Shown: positions 49,305 to 58,197 of the stretch, in pieces
Layout of the letters: each line of letters begins with the position of its first letter
Numbering within the stretch: the first letter of the stretch is position 1
NCBI GenBank assembly: GCA_964633195.1
Contig: CAZWFL010000015.1
Location: 12,764 to 76,763, forward strand
DNA length: 64,000 nucleotides
Source: an uncultured Rikenellaceae bacterium
Lineage (GTDB): Bacteria > Bacteroidota > Bacteroidia > Bacteroidales > VadinHA17
Reading direction: 5' to 3'
Notes under the pieces: model-generated
Databases searched by the model: none
What the model was told of the DNA's origin: nothing
The model's input: only the letters and a program-made list of their open reading frames with translations
Translations under genes and position numbers: made by a program

Positions 49305-49927
49305 TGCCAGAAAATATCTTCAGATATTTCCCATCACTCTCAAAAATACAGATTGAAAGGATTTCCGCACTTGAAGCTATTTACAGCGAGTGGAATGAAA
49401 GGATAAATGTAATATCGCGAAAAGACTTCGGCAATTTTTATGTTCATCATGTGCTTCATTCACTGGCTATTGCCAGGATATTTTCATTCCTGCCCGGCAC
49501 CCGCATCCTCGATGTGGGTACCGGCGGTGGTTTTCCCGGCATACCACTTGCCATTCTCTTTCCCGATTCTCATTTCACACTTCTCGACTCCATCTCCAGG
49601 AAGATAATGGTAACAGAAGCAGCTGCTTTAAGGCTGGGGCTATGTAATGTTGTACCTGTAAGGAGAAGGGCGGAGGATGAAAAAGGGAAATATGATTTTG
49701 TTACAGGCAGGGCCGTAACGAAATTTCCGGCCTTCGTGAAGATGACCGAAAAGAATGTTGCCCCCACCGGTTTGAACAGCTTCAGAAACGGCATTATCTG
49801 CCTTAAGGGCGGCGACATCAAATCCGAAACAGCCCCTTTTAAAGACCGGATAACAATTTATGAGATCAGTGATTTCTTCAGCGAACCCTGGTTCGAAACT
49901 AAAAAGATAGTATATCTGCCGGTCTGA
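49304..49927 (+). CDS. rsmG: 16S rRNA (guanine527-N7)-methyltransferase
   Basis: SAM motif DVGTGGGFPGIPLAI. The GTG start shares one base with the sigma-factor TAG (TAGTG). Confidence 0.9.
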   Translation: MPENIFRYFPSLSKIQIERISALEAIYSEWNERINVISRKDFGNFYVHHVLHSLAIARIFSFLPGTRILDVGTGGGFPGIPLAILFPDSHFTLLDSISRKIMVTEAAALRLGLCNVVPVRRRAEDEKGKYDFVTGRAVTKFPAFVKMTEKNVAPTGLNSFRNGIICLKGGDIKSETAPFKDRITIYEISDFFSEPWFETKKIVYLPV

Positions 49928-49972
49928 TTTAAAAAAAATCAACACCACCATTTCATTAATTTAAAAAAACAC

Positions 49973-49980
49973 TATATTTG
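49973..49980 (+). promoter_or_regulatory. -7 box TATATTTG upstream of rpmH
   Basis: Exact TAnnTTTG match 45 nt upstream of the ATG at 50025, preceded by an A/T-rich tract. Confidence 0.5.
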
Positions 49981-50024
49981 CGGTCTCAAAATAAAACTGT
50001 ACAGGCAATTAAATAATATTAAAG

Positions 50025-50180
50025 ATGAAGAGGACATTTCAGCCGTCAAGAAGGAAGAGAGTGAACAAACATGGTTTCAGGGAAAGAATGTCCACACCCT
50101 CCGGCAGAAGAGTTATTGCTGCAAGAAGAGCAAAGGGGAGAAAGAAACTCTCAGTCTCCTCAGAAATGAGGCTGAAATAA
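50025..50180 (+). CDS. rpmH: 50S ribosomal protein L34 (51 aa), absent from the ORF track
   Basis: My translation is [51 protein letters not shown], a canonical L34 sequence. Confidence 0.95.
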   Translation: MKRTFQPSRRKRVNKHGFRERMSTPSGRRVIAARRAKGRKKLSVSSEMRLK

Positions 50181-50207
50181 TATTTCCCCTGCCTTAAATC
50201 CATAACA

Positions 50208-50239
50208 GGTGTCTCCGCGAGGGACACCTTTTTTTTTTT
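50208..50239 (+). terminator. Rho-independent terminator of rpmH
   Basis: 8-bp stem GGTGTCTC / GGGACACC (one G-U pair), 5-nt loop, then 11 consecutive T. Confidence 0.8.
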
Positions 50240-50261
50240 AATTTTACAGCTGCTAATATTG

Positions 50262-51368
50262 ATGCCCCTGAAAATTATAATTGATCATATCGGTAATAAA
50301 GAACTTGAAAGAATTGCAGAAAAGGTTTTGTCCGGTCAGCGAATCACTACCGGGGAGGCTTTAATGCTTTATATGGAGGCTGATTTACCGCTGCTGGCTT
50401 TCATGGCTGGTTCGGTGAGAAGAAGAATCAACGGCAATATGGCTTTCTTTAACCGTAATATCCATATTGAACCAACCAATATCTGCATTCACAACTGCCT
50501 TTTCTGCTCGTACAGAAGACCGGCGAACGATCCGGAGAGCTGGGACTACAGTCACGAAGAGATACTCGAAAAAATAAGACAATTTAACAGCAGCAAAATC
50601 ACGGAAGTTCATATAACGGGTGGTGTCCACCCGGCTCGCGATATTCATTATTACGGTGAACTGGTCAGAAAAATAAAAGAGACAAGGCCGGATCTGCATG
50701 TTAAAGCCTTTTCGGCAATCGAGCTTGACAACATGATAAGAAGGGCCGGGCTCAGCATTGAGGATGGACTCAGAATGATCAGGGGGTATGGCGTTGATTC
50801 CATACCCGGAGGAGGCGCAGAAATATTTGATGAAGAGCTGAGGAAGAAAATTTGTCCGGGAAAAACCTTACCGGCTCTATGGCTTGAGATACATGAAACA
50901 GCTCACAGGCTGGGTCTGATGTCAAATGCCACAATGCTGTATGGTCATATCGAGACTTACAGTCACAGAGTGGACCACATGGAGAGGCTGAGGTCACTTC
51001 AGGACAAAACCCGGGGTTTTAACGCCTTTATCCCGCTTAAATTCAGGAAAGCGAACAACAGTATGGAGGAACTTGACGAGGTGAGTCTTGTCGAAGATAT
51101 GCGTAATTATGCCGTGGCAAGAATCTTCCTTGACAACATAGCCCACATAAAAGCCTACTGGCCGATGATAGGCAGGGAGGCTGCCCAGATAAGCCTGCTT
51201 TTCGGCACAGACGATCTGGACGGGACCATCGAAGACACAACAAAAATATATTCGATGGCCGGAGCCGGGGATAAAAATCCCGTAATGACCGTGGATAATA
51301 TAAAAAAACTGATCGTCGATGCAGGATTTCAACCGGTTGAAAGAGACTCTCTCTATAACGCACTCTGA
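50262..51368 (+). CDS. Radical SAM enzyme of the MqnE/MqnC (futalosine-pathway menaquinone) family
   Basis: CIHNCLFCSY (CxxxCxxC) cluster. Size and overall pattern match the CofH/MqnC/MqnE group. I cannot separate MqnE from MqnC by eye. The ATG at 50262 follows the TTG at 50259. Confidence 0.6.
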   Translation: MPLKIIIDHIGNKELERIAEKVLSGQRITTGEALMLYMEADLPLLAFMAGSVRRRINGNMAFFNRNIHIEPTNICIHNCLFCSYRRPANDPESWDYSHEEILEKIRQFNSSKITEVHITGGVHPARDIHYYGELVRKIKETRPDLHVKAFSAIELDNMIRRAGLSIEDGLRMIRGYGVDSIPGGGAEIFDEELRKKICPGKTLPALWLEIHETAHRLGLMSNATMLYGHIETYSHRVDHMERLRSLQDKTRGFNAFIPLKFRKANNSMEELDEVSLVEDMRNYAVARIFLDNIAHIKAYWPMIGREAAQISLLFGTDDLDGTIEDTTKIYSMAGAGDKNPVMTVDNIKKLIVDAGFQPVERDSLYNAL

Positions 51369-51396
51369 GCGGTGTCCCATTTAATAATTTTATAAG

Positions 51397-51404
51397 TACT
51401 TTTG
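51397..51404 (+). promoter_or_regulatory. -7 box TACTTTTG upstream of the PASTA-domain gene
   Basis: Exact TAnnTTTG match 29 nt upstream of the ATG at 51433. Confidence 0.45.
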
Positions 51405-51432
51405 CGTTATATCTAATGTTCAATCTACCGGT

Positions 51433-52275
51433 ATGGGTCTCAAAAAATTCCTGCTGAGCAAGCTATTCTTAAAACAACTGGTACTCGCCTTTCTGTTTCT
51501 GGCAGCGATAGTGATTCTTCTTCTCATCTGGCTTAATTTCTATACACGTCATGGCCAGGCACGTCCTGTTCCCGATTTTATGGGTCTCGATATTGAGCAG
51601 GCTGAACAGCTGGCAAGGAAAAACAAAATGAGATATGTGATCATCGATTCTGTTTATACCGCTGCCGTACCCCGCGGTTCCATAGCCGATCAAAATCCAA
51701 AACCTGGTTTCAGGGTTAAGAAATGGCGTAATATTAACCTTACTATCAATGCATTTAATCCTGAGATGGTAGCGATGCCAAATCTGATCGACCTGCCCAA
51801 AAGACAGGCTCTTGCACTTATTGAAAGCGCCGGTCTTACAATGGGAGAACTCAGATACATTCCTGATCTCTCTATAGATGTAGTGCTTCAACAGTTATAT
51901 AACGGAAGAAATGTTGCCGGGGGCGATTCTCTTCAGAAAGGGTCCGTTATCGACCTGGTTCTCGGGAAAGGCCTGAGCAACCAGCGTACTCCGGTACCAA
52001 ACCTCATAGGCATGAATCTTGAACCTGCAAGGAACAGGATACTTGCCGCCTCACTTAACCTCAGGACATTCATATATGATAACACCATCTCTTCCGGTAA
52101 TGATTCGCTGAGAGCATTCGTCTACAGACAGACGCCGGAATTCAGGGAAGAACTCACTCTGCAACTGGGATCTGATGTCTACCTTTGGCTGACAATCGAT
52201 TCCGCAAAACTGCCGGCTGAAGATGAATATTCATTAACCGACACTATACCACTGCCTGATATGAGCGTGCTGTAG
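51433..52275 (+). CDS. PASTA domain-containing membrane protein (three PASTA repeats)
   Basis: N-terminal TM helix. Three modules of about 65 aa of the type VPDFMGLDIEQAEQLA.. / MPNLIDLPKRQALALIE.. / VPNLIGMNLEPARNRI... Confidence 0.8.
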   Translation: MGLKKFLLSKLFLKQLVLAFLFLAAIVILLLIWLNFYTRHGQARPVPDFMGLDIEQAEQLARKNKMRYVIIDSVYTAAVPRGSIADQNPKPGFRVKKWRNINLTINAFNPEMVAMPNLIDLPKRQALALIESAGLTMGELRYIPDLSIDVVLQQLYNGRNVAGGDSLQKGSVIDLVLGKGLSNQRTPVPNLIGMNLEPARNRILAASLNLRTFIYDNTISSGNDSLRAFVYRQTPEFREELTLQLGSDVYLWLTIDSAKLPAEDEYSLTDTIPLPDMSVL

Positions 52276-52288
52276 CCCGGATAAACCT

Positions 52289-54142
52289 ATGCTGAAACGA
52301 GTTATCCCATACCTGCTGATCCTCAACCTGCTCCTCACCGGCACCCATGCCCAGGAAGTTATCACAGGACTGCAGTCCCAGTACCGGATCATCAGGGAAC
52401 ACTCTAAGCCCCTGCTGACAAAAGGAATGGCTGCCGACACGGTAAACCTTCCTTTCTTTGACGATTTCTCAGGCAGTTCTGTATTTCCCGATCCGGGGAA
52501 ATGGTCCGATGATTATGTGTTCATCAATAACACATACTCCGATATGCAGCCAACAACAGGCATTGCAACCTTCGATGCGATCGATAACACAGGCAGGTTA
52601 TACGAGTCAGCTTCAACAAGCATTTTCATGGCTGATCAGCTGACCTCTCAGCCTATCAACCTTGACTTTCCCCCATCCGACAATATCTGGCTCAGCTTCT
52701 GGTATCAGCCAGGCGGACTGGGCGACATGCCCGGAGCAGGAGACTCCCTGACGCTTCAGTTTTTTGCACCTGATGAGCAGGCATGGTATTCCGTATGGAA
52801 AGCACCTTTCTCCGAACAAAAGGAGTTCAGGCCTGCCATACTGAGGATAGACAATTCCCGCTATCTGAGGAAAGGATTCCGTTTCAGGTTCATCAACTAT
52901 GCCAGCCTCAGCCCGAACCTCAATGACCCCTCGATGATCGGCAACTGCGACCACTGGAACATCGATTATGTTATGCTGAACAGGAACAGGCATGCAGCAG
53001 ATACAACATTTGCTGATGTGGCCTTCACGAGAGGTCTGCGCTCAGTACTCAAGACACATGAGTCGATGCCATGGAAACAGTTCAGACAGGTCTCCCTGCA
53101 GGAAATGGGAGCATTTATCCCGATCCGTTACCGCAACAACGACATAATAACACGAAATATAACACGCAATTTCCAGGTATGGGATGTCTACAGAAACCAG
53201 CAGGCCCATTTCTTCACAGCAGGTGCAACTAATATCTCACCCCTCACAACAATTGATTTTGACGCAAACCTTATATATACATTTAATACCACCTACACCG
53301 ATTCAGCCCTCTTCAGGATAACAGCATGGCTCATAACAGACGATTTTGATCCCAAACAAAACGATACCGTCAGATATCTCCAGACTTTCAGCAATTATTT
53401 TGCCTTTGACGACGGCTCCTCTGAGGGAGGGTACGGTATTAACGGACTCGGCTCGAGAAATGCAATGGTGGCTTACAGGTTCAAATCCTATATGGAGGAC
53501 ACTCTCAGGGCTATCAGTATATGCTTTAACGACAGCTACCTCAATGCCAATAAGCGATTGTTTGACCTGATGGTCTGGGATGATAACCTGGGCACTCCCG
53601 GAAACCTCATTTACAGCCGCGAGGAGGTTATGGTAGAGCAGGGCAGCGAAATAAACGGTTTTTACACCTATTCACTGCCCGACGGCGTTCCCGTCAATGA
53701 TGTTTTTTATGTCGGATGGAGGCAGCGCTCAGAAACCTTCCTGAATGCGGGGTTCGATGTCAACACTCCCAATAACGGCCGGCAGCTCTACTGGCTCAAT
53801 GGTTCGTGGAACCAGTCGCAGGTCAACGGTAGCGTGATGATAAGGCCGATAGTGGGTGATCCGATTAAAATTACCAGGATAGATGACATTGTTCCTGATG
53901 AAAAGCTCAAATTCAGGATATGGCCGAACCCTGCATCAGGTTACATCAACATCGACCGTGGAGATCTGCCTGTTCACAATAACGTCACCCTCTCGGTGAT
54001 AGACCTGCAGGGCCGCGAACAAATAAGCGTGCCCCTGTCGGACCAAATAGACATTTCAAAACTGCCTGCAGGTATATATATAATTATCCCCCGTATAAAC
54101 GGCAGAGCAGCAGGTCATTACAGACTGGTAAAATCAAGGTGA
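52289..54142 (+). CDS. Secreted protein with a T9SS type A C-terminal sorting domain
   Basis: Signal peptide. The C-terminal ~80 aa (..FRIWPNPASGYINI.. VIDLQGRE.. LPAGIYII..) match the Por_Secre_tail pattern. The N-terminal ~520 aa have no motif I recognise. Confidence 0.75.
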   Translation: MLKRVIPYLLILNLLLTGTHAQEVITGLQSQYRIIREHSKPLLTKGMAADTVNLPFFDDFSGSSVFPDPGKWSDDYVFINNTYSDMQPTTGIATFDAIDNTGRLYESASTSIFMADQLTSQPINLDFPPSDNIWLSFWYQPGGLGDMPGAGDSLTLQFFAPDEQAWYSVWKAPFSEQKEFRPAILRIDNSRYLRKGFRFRFINYASLSPNLNDPSMIGNCDHWNIDYVMLNRNRHAADTTFADVAFTRGLRSVLKTHESMPWKQFRQVSLQEMGAFIPIRYRNNDIITRNITRNFQVWDVYRNQQAHFFTAGATNISPLTTIDFDANLIYTFNTTYTDSALFRITAWLITDDFDPKQNDTVRYLQTFSNYFAFDDGSSEGGYGINGLGSRNAMVAYRFKSYMEDTLRAISICFNDSYLNANKRLFDLMVWDDNLGTPGNLIYSREEVMVEQGSEINGFYTYSLPDGVPVNDVFYVGWRQRSETFLNAGFDVNTPNNGRQLYWLNGSWNQSQVNGSVMIRPIVGDPIKITRIDDIVPDEKLKFRIWPNPASGYINIDRGDLPVHNNVTLSVIDLQGREQISVPLSDQIDISKLPAGIYIIIPRINGRAAGHYRLVKSR

Positions 54143-54149
54143 TAAGCAG

Positions 54150-55184
54150 ATGACGGAAGAGGAACTTTCAGAACAGCAGGAACTCTTTGAACATCACCGC
54201 CTTACGGTTGAACCCGGACAATCATTGCTGAGGATAGACAAATATCTCGGCTCACGGCTCGAAAATACTTCAAGAACCCGTATTCAGAACGCCGCAGCTG
54301 CAGGAAACATACTTGTCAACAATATACCTGCAAGGTCCAGCTACAGGATAAAGCCCGGCGATATAATACAGGTTGTTCTTCCGACACCGCCCCGTGAGAT
54401 TGAGCTTATTCCCGAAGATATTCCCATAGATATTATATATGAGGATGATGATGTTATTGTCGTAAACAAGAGGGCAGGCATGGTTGTCCATCCGGCATAC
54501 GGGAACTACAGAGGCACACTGGTTAATGCACTGATGTGGCATTTCAGGGATCTCCCTCTTTTTCAAAGCGGTGAGCTGCGGCCGGGACTCGTTCACAGGA
54601 TTGACAAAAACACATCAGGGATCCTGGTTGTGGCAAGGCACGAACTTGCTCTCAACCGTCTCTCAAGGCAGTTCTACGAGCGAACCACCGACCGTCTTTA
54701 TGTTGCCATCGTTTGGGGCAGACCCGATCCGCCGGAAGGAACCGTTACCGGTAACGTCGGCAGAAACGTCAGGGACAGAAAGATAATGCAGGTCTTTCCT
54801 GACGGCAGTCAGGGGAAGCCGGCAATAACTCATTACAGGGTAACGGAGGACCTCGGATACATCTCTGTCCTGGAATGCAAACTTGAGACAGGCCGCACTC
54901 ACCAGATAAGGGTACATCTCAGTCATATAAAACATCCGCTTTTCAACGATGATGAATATGGGGGTGACAGGATACTCAAGGGAACAACTTTTTCAAAATA
55001 CCAGCAATTCGTAAAAAACTGCTTTACCCTTCTGCCTCGTCAGGCTCTTCATGCAAAGAGTCTTGCGTTCGACCATCCCGTTACAGGAAAAAGGCTCTGT
55101 TTCGATTCCCCTCTTCCCGGTGACATGCAGCAACTGATCGATAAATGGAGGAATTATCTCTCCGGCAGGGATGCTCAGAGCTGA
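54150..55184 (+). CDS. rluD: 23S rRNA pseudouridine synthase, RluD/RluA family
   Basis: S4 domain (RIDKYL..SRTRIQ) and catalytic HRIDKNTSG. Confidence 0.9.
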   Translation: MTEEELSEQQELFEHHRLTVEPGQSLLRIDKYLGSRLENTSRTRIQNAAAAGNILVNNIPARSSYRIKPGDIIQVVLPTPPREIELIPEDIPIDIIYEDDDVIVVNKRAGMVVHPAYGNYRGTLVNALMWHFRDLPLFQSGELRPGLVHRIDKNTSGILVVARHELALNRLSRQFYERTTDRLYVAIVWGRPDPPEGTVTGNVGRNVRDRKIMQVFPDGSQGKPAITHYRVTEDLGYISVLECKLETGRTHQIRVHLSHIKHPLFNDDEYGGDRILKGTTFSKYQQFVKNCFTLLPRQALHAKSLAFDHPVTGKRLCFDSPLPGDMQQLIDKWRNYLSGRDAQS

Positions 55185-55202
55185 GAGTTCAGAAGTGGAT
55201 TT

Positions 55203-55242
55203 GCCTCTGCACCTCTGCACCTCTGTACCTCTGCGCCTTCCT
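55203..55242. repeat. Octamer tandem array (GCCTCTGC, ACCTCTGC, ACCTCTGT, ACCTCTGC, GCCTTCCT)
   Basis: Read directly. It fills most of the 56-nt gap between the convergent rluD and TPM genes and runs into the TPM stop codon (55241-55243). Confidence 0.85.
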
Positions 55243-56059
55243 ACCAGCTTCCGCCGGCACCGCCACCACCGAAGCTTCCTCCCCCGAAACCGCCGAAGCC
55301 TCCTCCTCCCCCTGAACGGCCTCCTCCTGAGAATCCTCCCCAGCTTCCACTATGCCTGCTGCCTCCCTTGTTCATCATTGCAAGAAGAACCCACAACGGC
55401 AAACCCTTTTTGCTTATGTGCTTCTGGTTAGATCCCCCTTTTGTTCTAATAAAAAATAGTGTGAAGACAATTATTAAGAATATTATAACCGGGATGGCAT
55501 CCCGTCCTTCTCTACTCTGACTCATACCATACTCCCCGGCAGTAAACTCCCCTGAAGCCAGAGACATCAGCACATCGGTTGCCCGGTCGAGCCCCTCATA
55601 ATAATTACCGGCCCTGAATGCAGGGAGGATCTCATAATCAATAATTTCACCACAAACAATATCGGGTATCACCCCTTCGAGTCCGTAGCCGGTAGCAATA
55701 AAGACCTCTCCCCGTGACGAAACATTTTCTTTCGGCTTGACAAGTATCAGAATCCCGTTATCGGATCCCTTCTGACCTATTCCCCATTTCTCTGCGAGAC
55801 GCTGAGCATAATCAGCCCTGTCATAACCATTAAGATCAGAAACGGTAACAACAGCTATCTGTGTGGATGTTGAGTCGTTAAAGGCAACCAGCTTCTGTTC
55901 GAGAGCTGCAGCCTCACGTGCCGTAAGTATTCCTGTAAGATCATTCACAAGCCTTGGGGGAAAAGGCTTGTCCGGGAATTCCTGTGAGAAGGCTCCCGGT
56001 ATGATAACAGTTGTTAATAACAACAGCACTGATAAATGTATGCTGATACTTCTCCTCAT
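55241..56059 (-). CDS. TPM domain-containing protein (YgcG-like) with a TM helix and a Gly-rich C-terminal tail
   Basis: Signal peptide, TPM/phosphatase-like domain (..STQIAVVTV..), TM helix (IPVIIFLIIVFTLFFI) and tail ..GGGRSGGGGGFGGFGGGSFGGGGAGGSW. Confidence 0.8.
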   Translation of the reverse strand: MRRSISIHLSVLLLLTTVIIPGAFSQEFPDKPFPPRLVNDLTGILTAREAAALEQKLVAFNDSTSTQIAVVTVSDLNGYDRADYAQRLAEKWGIGQKGSDNGILILVKPKENVSSRGEVFIATGYGLEGVIPDIVCGEIIDYEILPAFRAGNYYEGLDRATDVLMSLASGEFTAGEYGMSQSREGRDAIPVIIFLIIVFTLFFIRTKGGSNQKHISKKGLPLWVLLAMMNKGGSRHSGSWGGFSGGGRSGGGGGFGGFGGGSFGGGGAGGSW

Positions 56060-56520
56060 TTGTCGGAAAACTTATAGGGATCGCCAAATGATATATCATC
56101 AGGGAGTTCATTTACATCATCCTCCATACGAGGGAAATGCTTCCGGAGCTGTTCCCCGGTAAGTATAACAGCTTCTGTCACTCCTTCTGCAAACTGACCC
56201 GTGGCGAAACGCTGGTGAAGATGATCCCTGATCATGGTCCAAAACTCTTCAGGCACCACCGCATTAATCCCAGAATCGCCGATTATGGCAAATTTTTTAT
56301 CCTTTACTGCGAGGTACAACAACACACCGTTATGGAGTTCGGTTCTGTGCATCCCGATCATTTTAAAAACCCAGGCCGCTCTGTCCATAACGTCTCCCTC
56401 GAGAGATGTTTCTATATGTACCCGTATCTCTCCGGAGCTCTTTTTCTCTGCTCGTTTTATTGCCCTGAGAATATCTTTCTGCTGTTCAGGGGTAAAGAAT
56501 GTCGAGGCCTTGATCTCCAT
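56056..56520 (-). CDS. TPM domain-containing protein (TLP18.3/Psb32/MOLO-1 family)
   Basis: 154 aa with ..SGEIRVHIE.. and ..NGVLLYLAVKDKKFAIIGD.. patterns. 4-nt overlap with the downstream TPM gene. Confidence 0.75.
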   Translation of the reverse strand: MEIKASTFFTPEQQKDILRAIKRAEKKSSGEIRVHIETSLEGDVMDRAAWVFKMIGMHRTELHNGVLLYLAVKDKKFAIIGDSGINAVVPEEFWTMIRDHLHQRFATGQFAEGVTEAVILTGEQLRKHFPRMEDDVNELPDDISFGDPYKFSDK

Positions 56521-56533
56521 GGCAGACCTCCTG

Positions 56534-57136
56534 TTAAAATCTCACCTCCGGGGCTCTGGCAGCACCCTCATCCGACTCAAAGTATGGCCTGGGTGTAAAA
56601 CCGAACATACCGGCGAGGAAGTTCTGCGGGAACTGTTTAATAAAGGAATTAAACTCCAGAACAACCTCATTGAACTTTCGCCTTTCCACTGCTATCCTGT
56701 TCTCTGTGCCTTCCAGCGCAATCTGCAGATCCCTGAAATTCTGGGTTGCTTTCAGTTCAGGATATTTCTCCACAACTACCATCAGCCTCGAGAGGGCCGA
56801 GCTGAGTCCCTCCTGAACCTGCTGAAACTGCTGGAGATTCTCCTGTGTCATGTTTGACGGGTCGAGGGTAACCGAGGTGGCTTTTGCCCTGGCTTCAATA
56901 ACCTGGGTAAGTGTCGATTGTTCAAAATCAGCCACACCTTTAACCGTTTCGACGAAGTTAGGTATCAGATCGGCCCTCCTCTGGTACTGTGTTTCAACAT
57001 TACCCCACTGGCTTGTTACACTCTCACTCTTAACAACCATATTATTGTATATCCTGACGCCCCAGAGAACAAAACCAAGCAATATCAGGGCCAGAATGGC
57101 CGCGAATGCGACTCCGAACAGACAGCCTCTTTTCAT
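56534..57136 (-). CDS. LemA family protein
   Basis: N-terminal TM helix followed by YN.MV...E.V...W..VE..YQRRADLIPN, the LemA signature. Confidence 0.9.
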   Translation of the reverse strand: MKRGCLFGVAFAAILALILLGFVLWGVRIYNNMVVKSESVTSQWGNVETQYQRRADLIPNFVETVKGVADFEQSTLTQVIEARAKATSVTLDPSNMTQENLQQFQQVQEGLSSALSRLMVVVEKYPELKATQNFRDLQIALEGTENRIAVERRKFNEVVLEFNSFIKQFPQNFLAGMFGFTPRPYFESDEGAARAPEVRF

Positions 57137-57195
57137 TTCTTTGATTTTTAAGATTTATTCAAAGATACTTAAACATCAGATTATTACAAATGACT

Positions 57196-57218
57196 AAATT
57201 TGGACATTTTAAATTTGG
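57196..57218 (+). promoter_or_regulatory. Two tandem -7 boxes (TAAATTTG at 57196-57203 and 57211-57218) directly upstream of ddl
   Basis: TAAATTTGGA is repeated 15 nt apart. The second box ends 6 nt before the ATG at 57225. Confidence 0.4.
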
Positions 57219-57224
57219 AAATGC

Positions 57225-58196
57225 ATGAGAACTATTGCAATAGCCGCCGGAGGAAATTCTTCGGAATACGGGATATCTCTTAAAAGCGCCCTTGAAGTCG
57301 ATAAAATTCTGTCGTCCAGATACATAAGCTACATCATAATGATCCGGGGCAGCAACTGGTACTGGGAGGATTCACGCGGCCGGTATCACAGCATCGATAA
57401 AAATGATTTCACTTTAAAAACCGATGATAACAGAATAAGATTTGATGCCGTCTTCATTGCCATCCACGGGACTCCGGGTGAGAACGGGCTTCTTCAGGGT
57501 TACTTCGAGATGCTCGGAATCCCTTATACCAGTTGCGACTCATTCTGTTCCGCACTTACGTTCAACAAGCAGGCCTGCAAATCATTTCTCAGGGAGTATG
57601 GGCTGCCAATGGCTGAGTCGCTAATATTAAAGAAGGCCGATAAGATTGATTCTGTCTCCATACTCCAAAGGACCGGGCTTCCCTGTTTTGTCAAACCCAA
57701 TGCCAGCGGTTCAAGCTACGGGGTCACCAAGGTAAAAAAAGAAGATGAGCTGTTACCTGCGATCGATCTGGCATTCAGCGAGGGAGCCGAAGTGATGGTT
57801 GAAGCCTTCATGGAGGGCAGGGAAGTAGCATGCGGAGTTGTGAAAACCAGCAGGAAGGAGATTGTTCTACCTGTGACAGAGATAATCAGCAAGAATGAAT
57901 TCTTCGATCTGGAGGCAAAATATACTCCCGGTAAATCAGATGAAATTACACCTGCCCGGCTGCCCGGCGTGCTTACTGATGAGATCAGGGAACTGAGTTC
58001 CGGTGTGTATGATATCCTCCGCTGTAAAGGCATCGTCAGGGTGGATTTCATAATAACCGGAAATAAGCCATGCTTCCTTGAGATCAATACAGTGCCAGGG
58101 ATGACAGCCGAAAGCATTGTCCCAAAACAGGCTGCAGCAGCCGGCATACAACTCGAAGAGCTGTACTCAATGGTGATTGAAGACCTGTTCGATTAA
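57225..58196 (+). CDS. ddl: D-alanine--D-alanine ligase
   Basis: ATP-grasp fold with ..HGTPGENG.LQG.. and ..EINTVPGMT.. motifs. Confidence 0.93.
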   Translation: MRTIAIAAGGNSSEYGISLKSALEVDKILSSRYISYIIMIRGSNWYWEDSRGRYHSIDKNDFTLKTDDNRIRFDAVFIAIHGTPGENGLLQGYFEMLGIPYTSCDSFCSALTFNKQACKSFLREYGLPMAESLILKKADKIDSVSILQRTGLPCFVKPNASGSSYGVTKVKKEDELLPAIDLAFSEGAEVMVEAFMEGREVACGVVKTSRKEIVLPVTEIISKNEFFDLEAKYTPGKSDEITPARLPGVLTDEIRELSSGVYDILRCKGIVRVDFIITGNKPCFLEINTVPGMTAESIVPKQAAAAGIQLEELYSMVIEDLFD

Positions 58197-58197
58197 T

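Noticed and set aside
55244-55350. Repetitive C/T-rich DNA at the TPM gene 3' end as a non-coding repeat
   Set aside because: It is in frame and encodes the Gly-rich tail (GGGRSGGGGGFGGFGGGSFGGGGAGGSW) that is characteristic of YgcG-like TPM proteins. It is coding low complexity.
56234-56857. 207-aa plus-strand ORF spanning the TPM/LemA junction
   Set aside because: It lies entirely antisense to two well-supported minus-strand genes. The composition is low-complexity and Cys/Leu/Ser-rich with no motif. It is a typical shadow ORF of a coding region.
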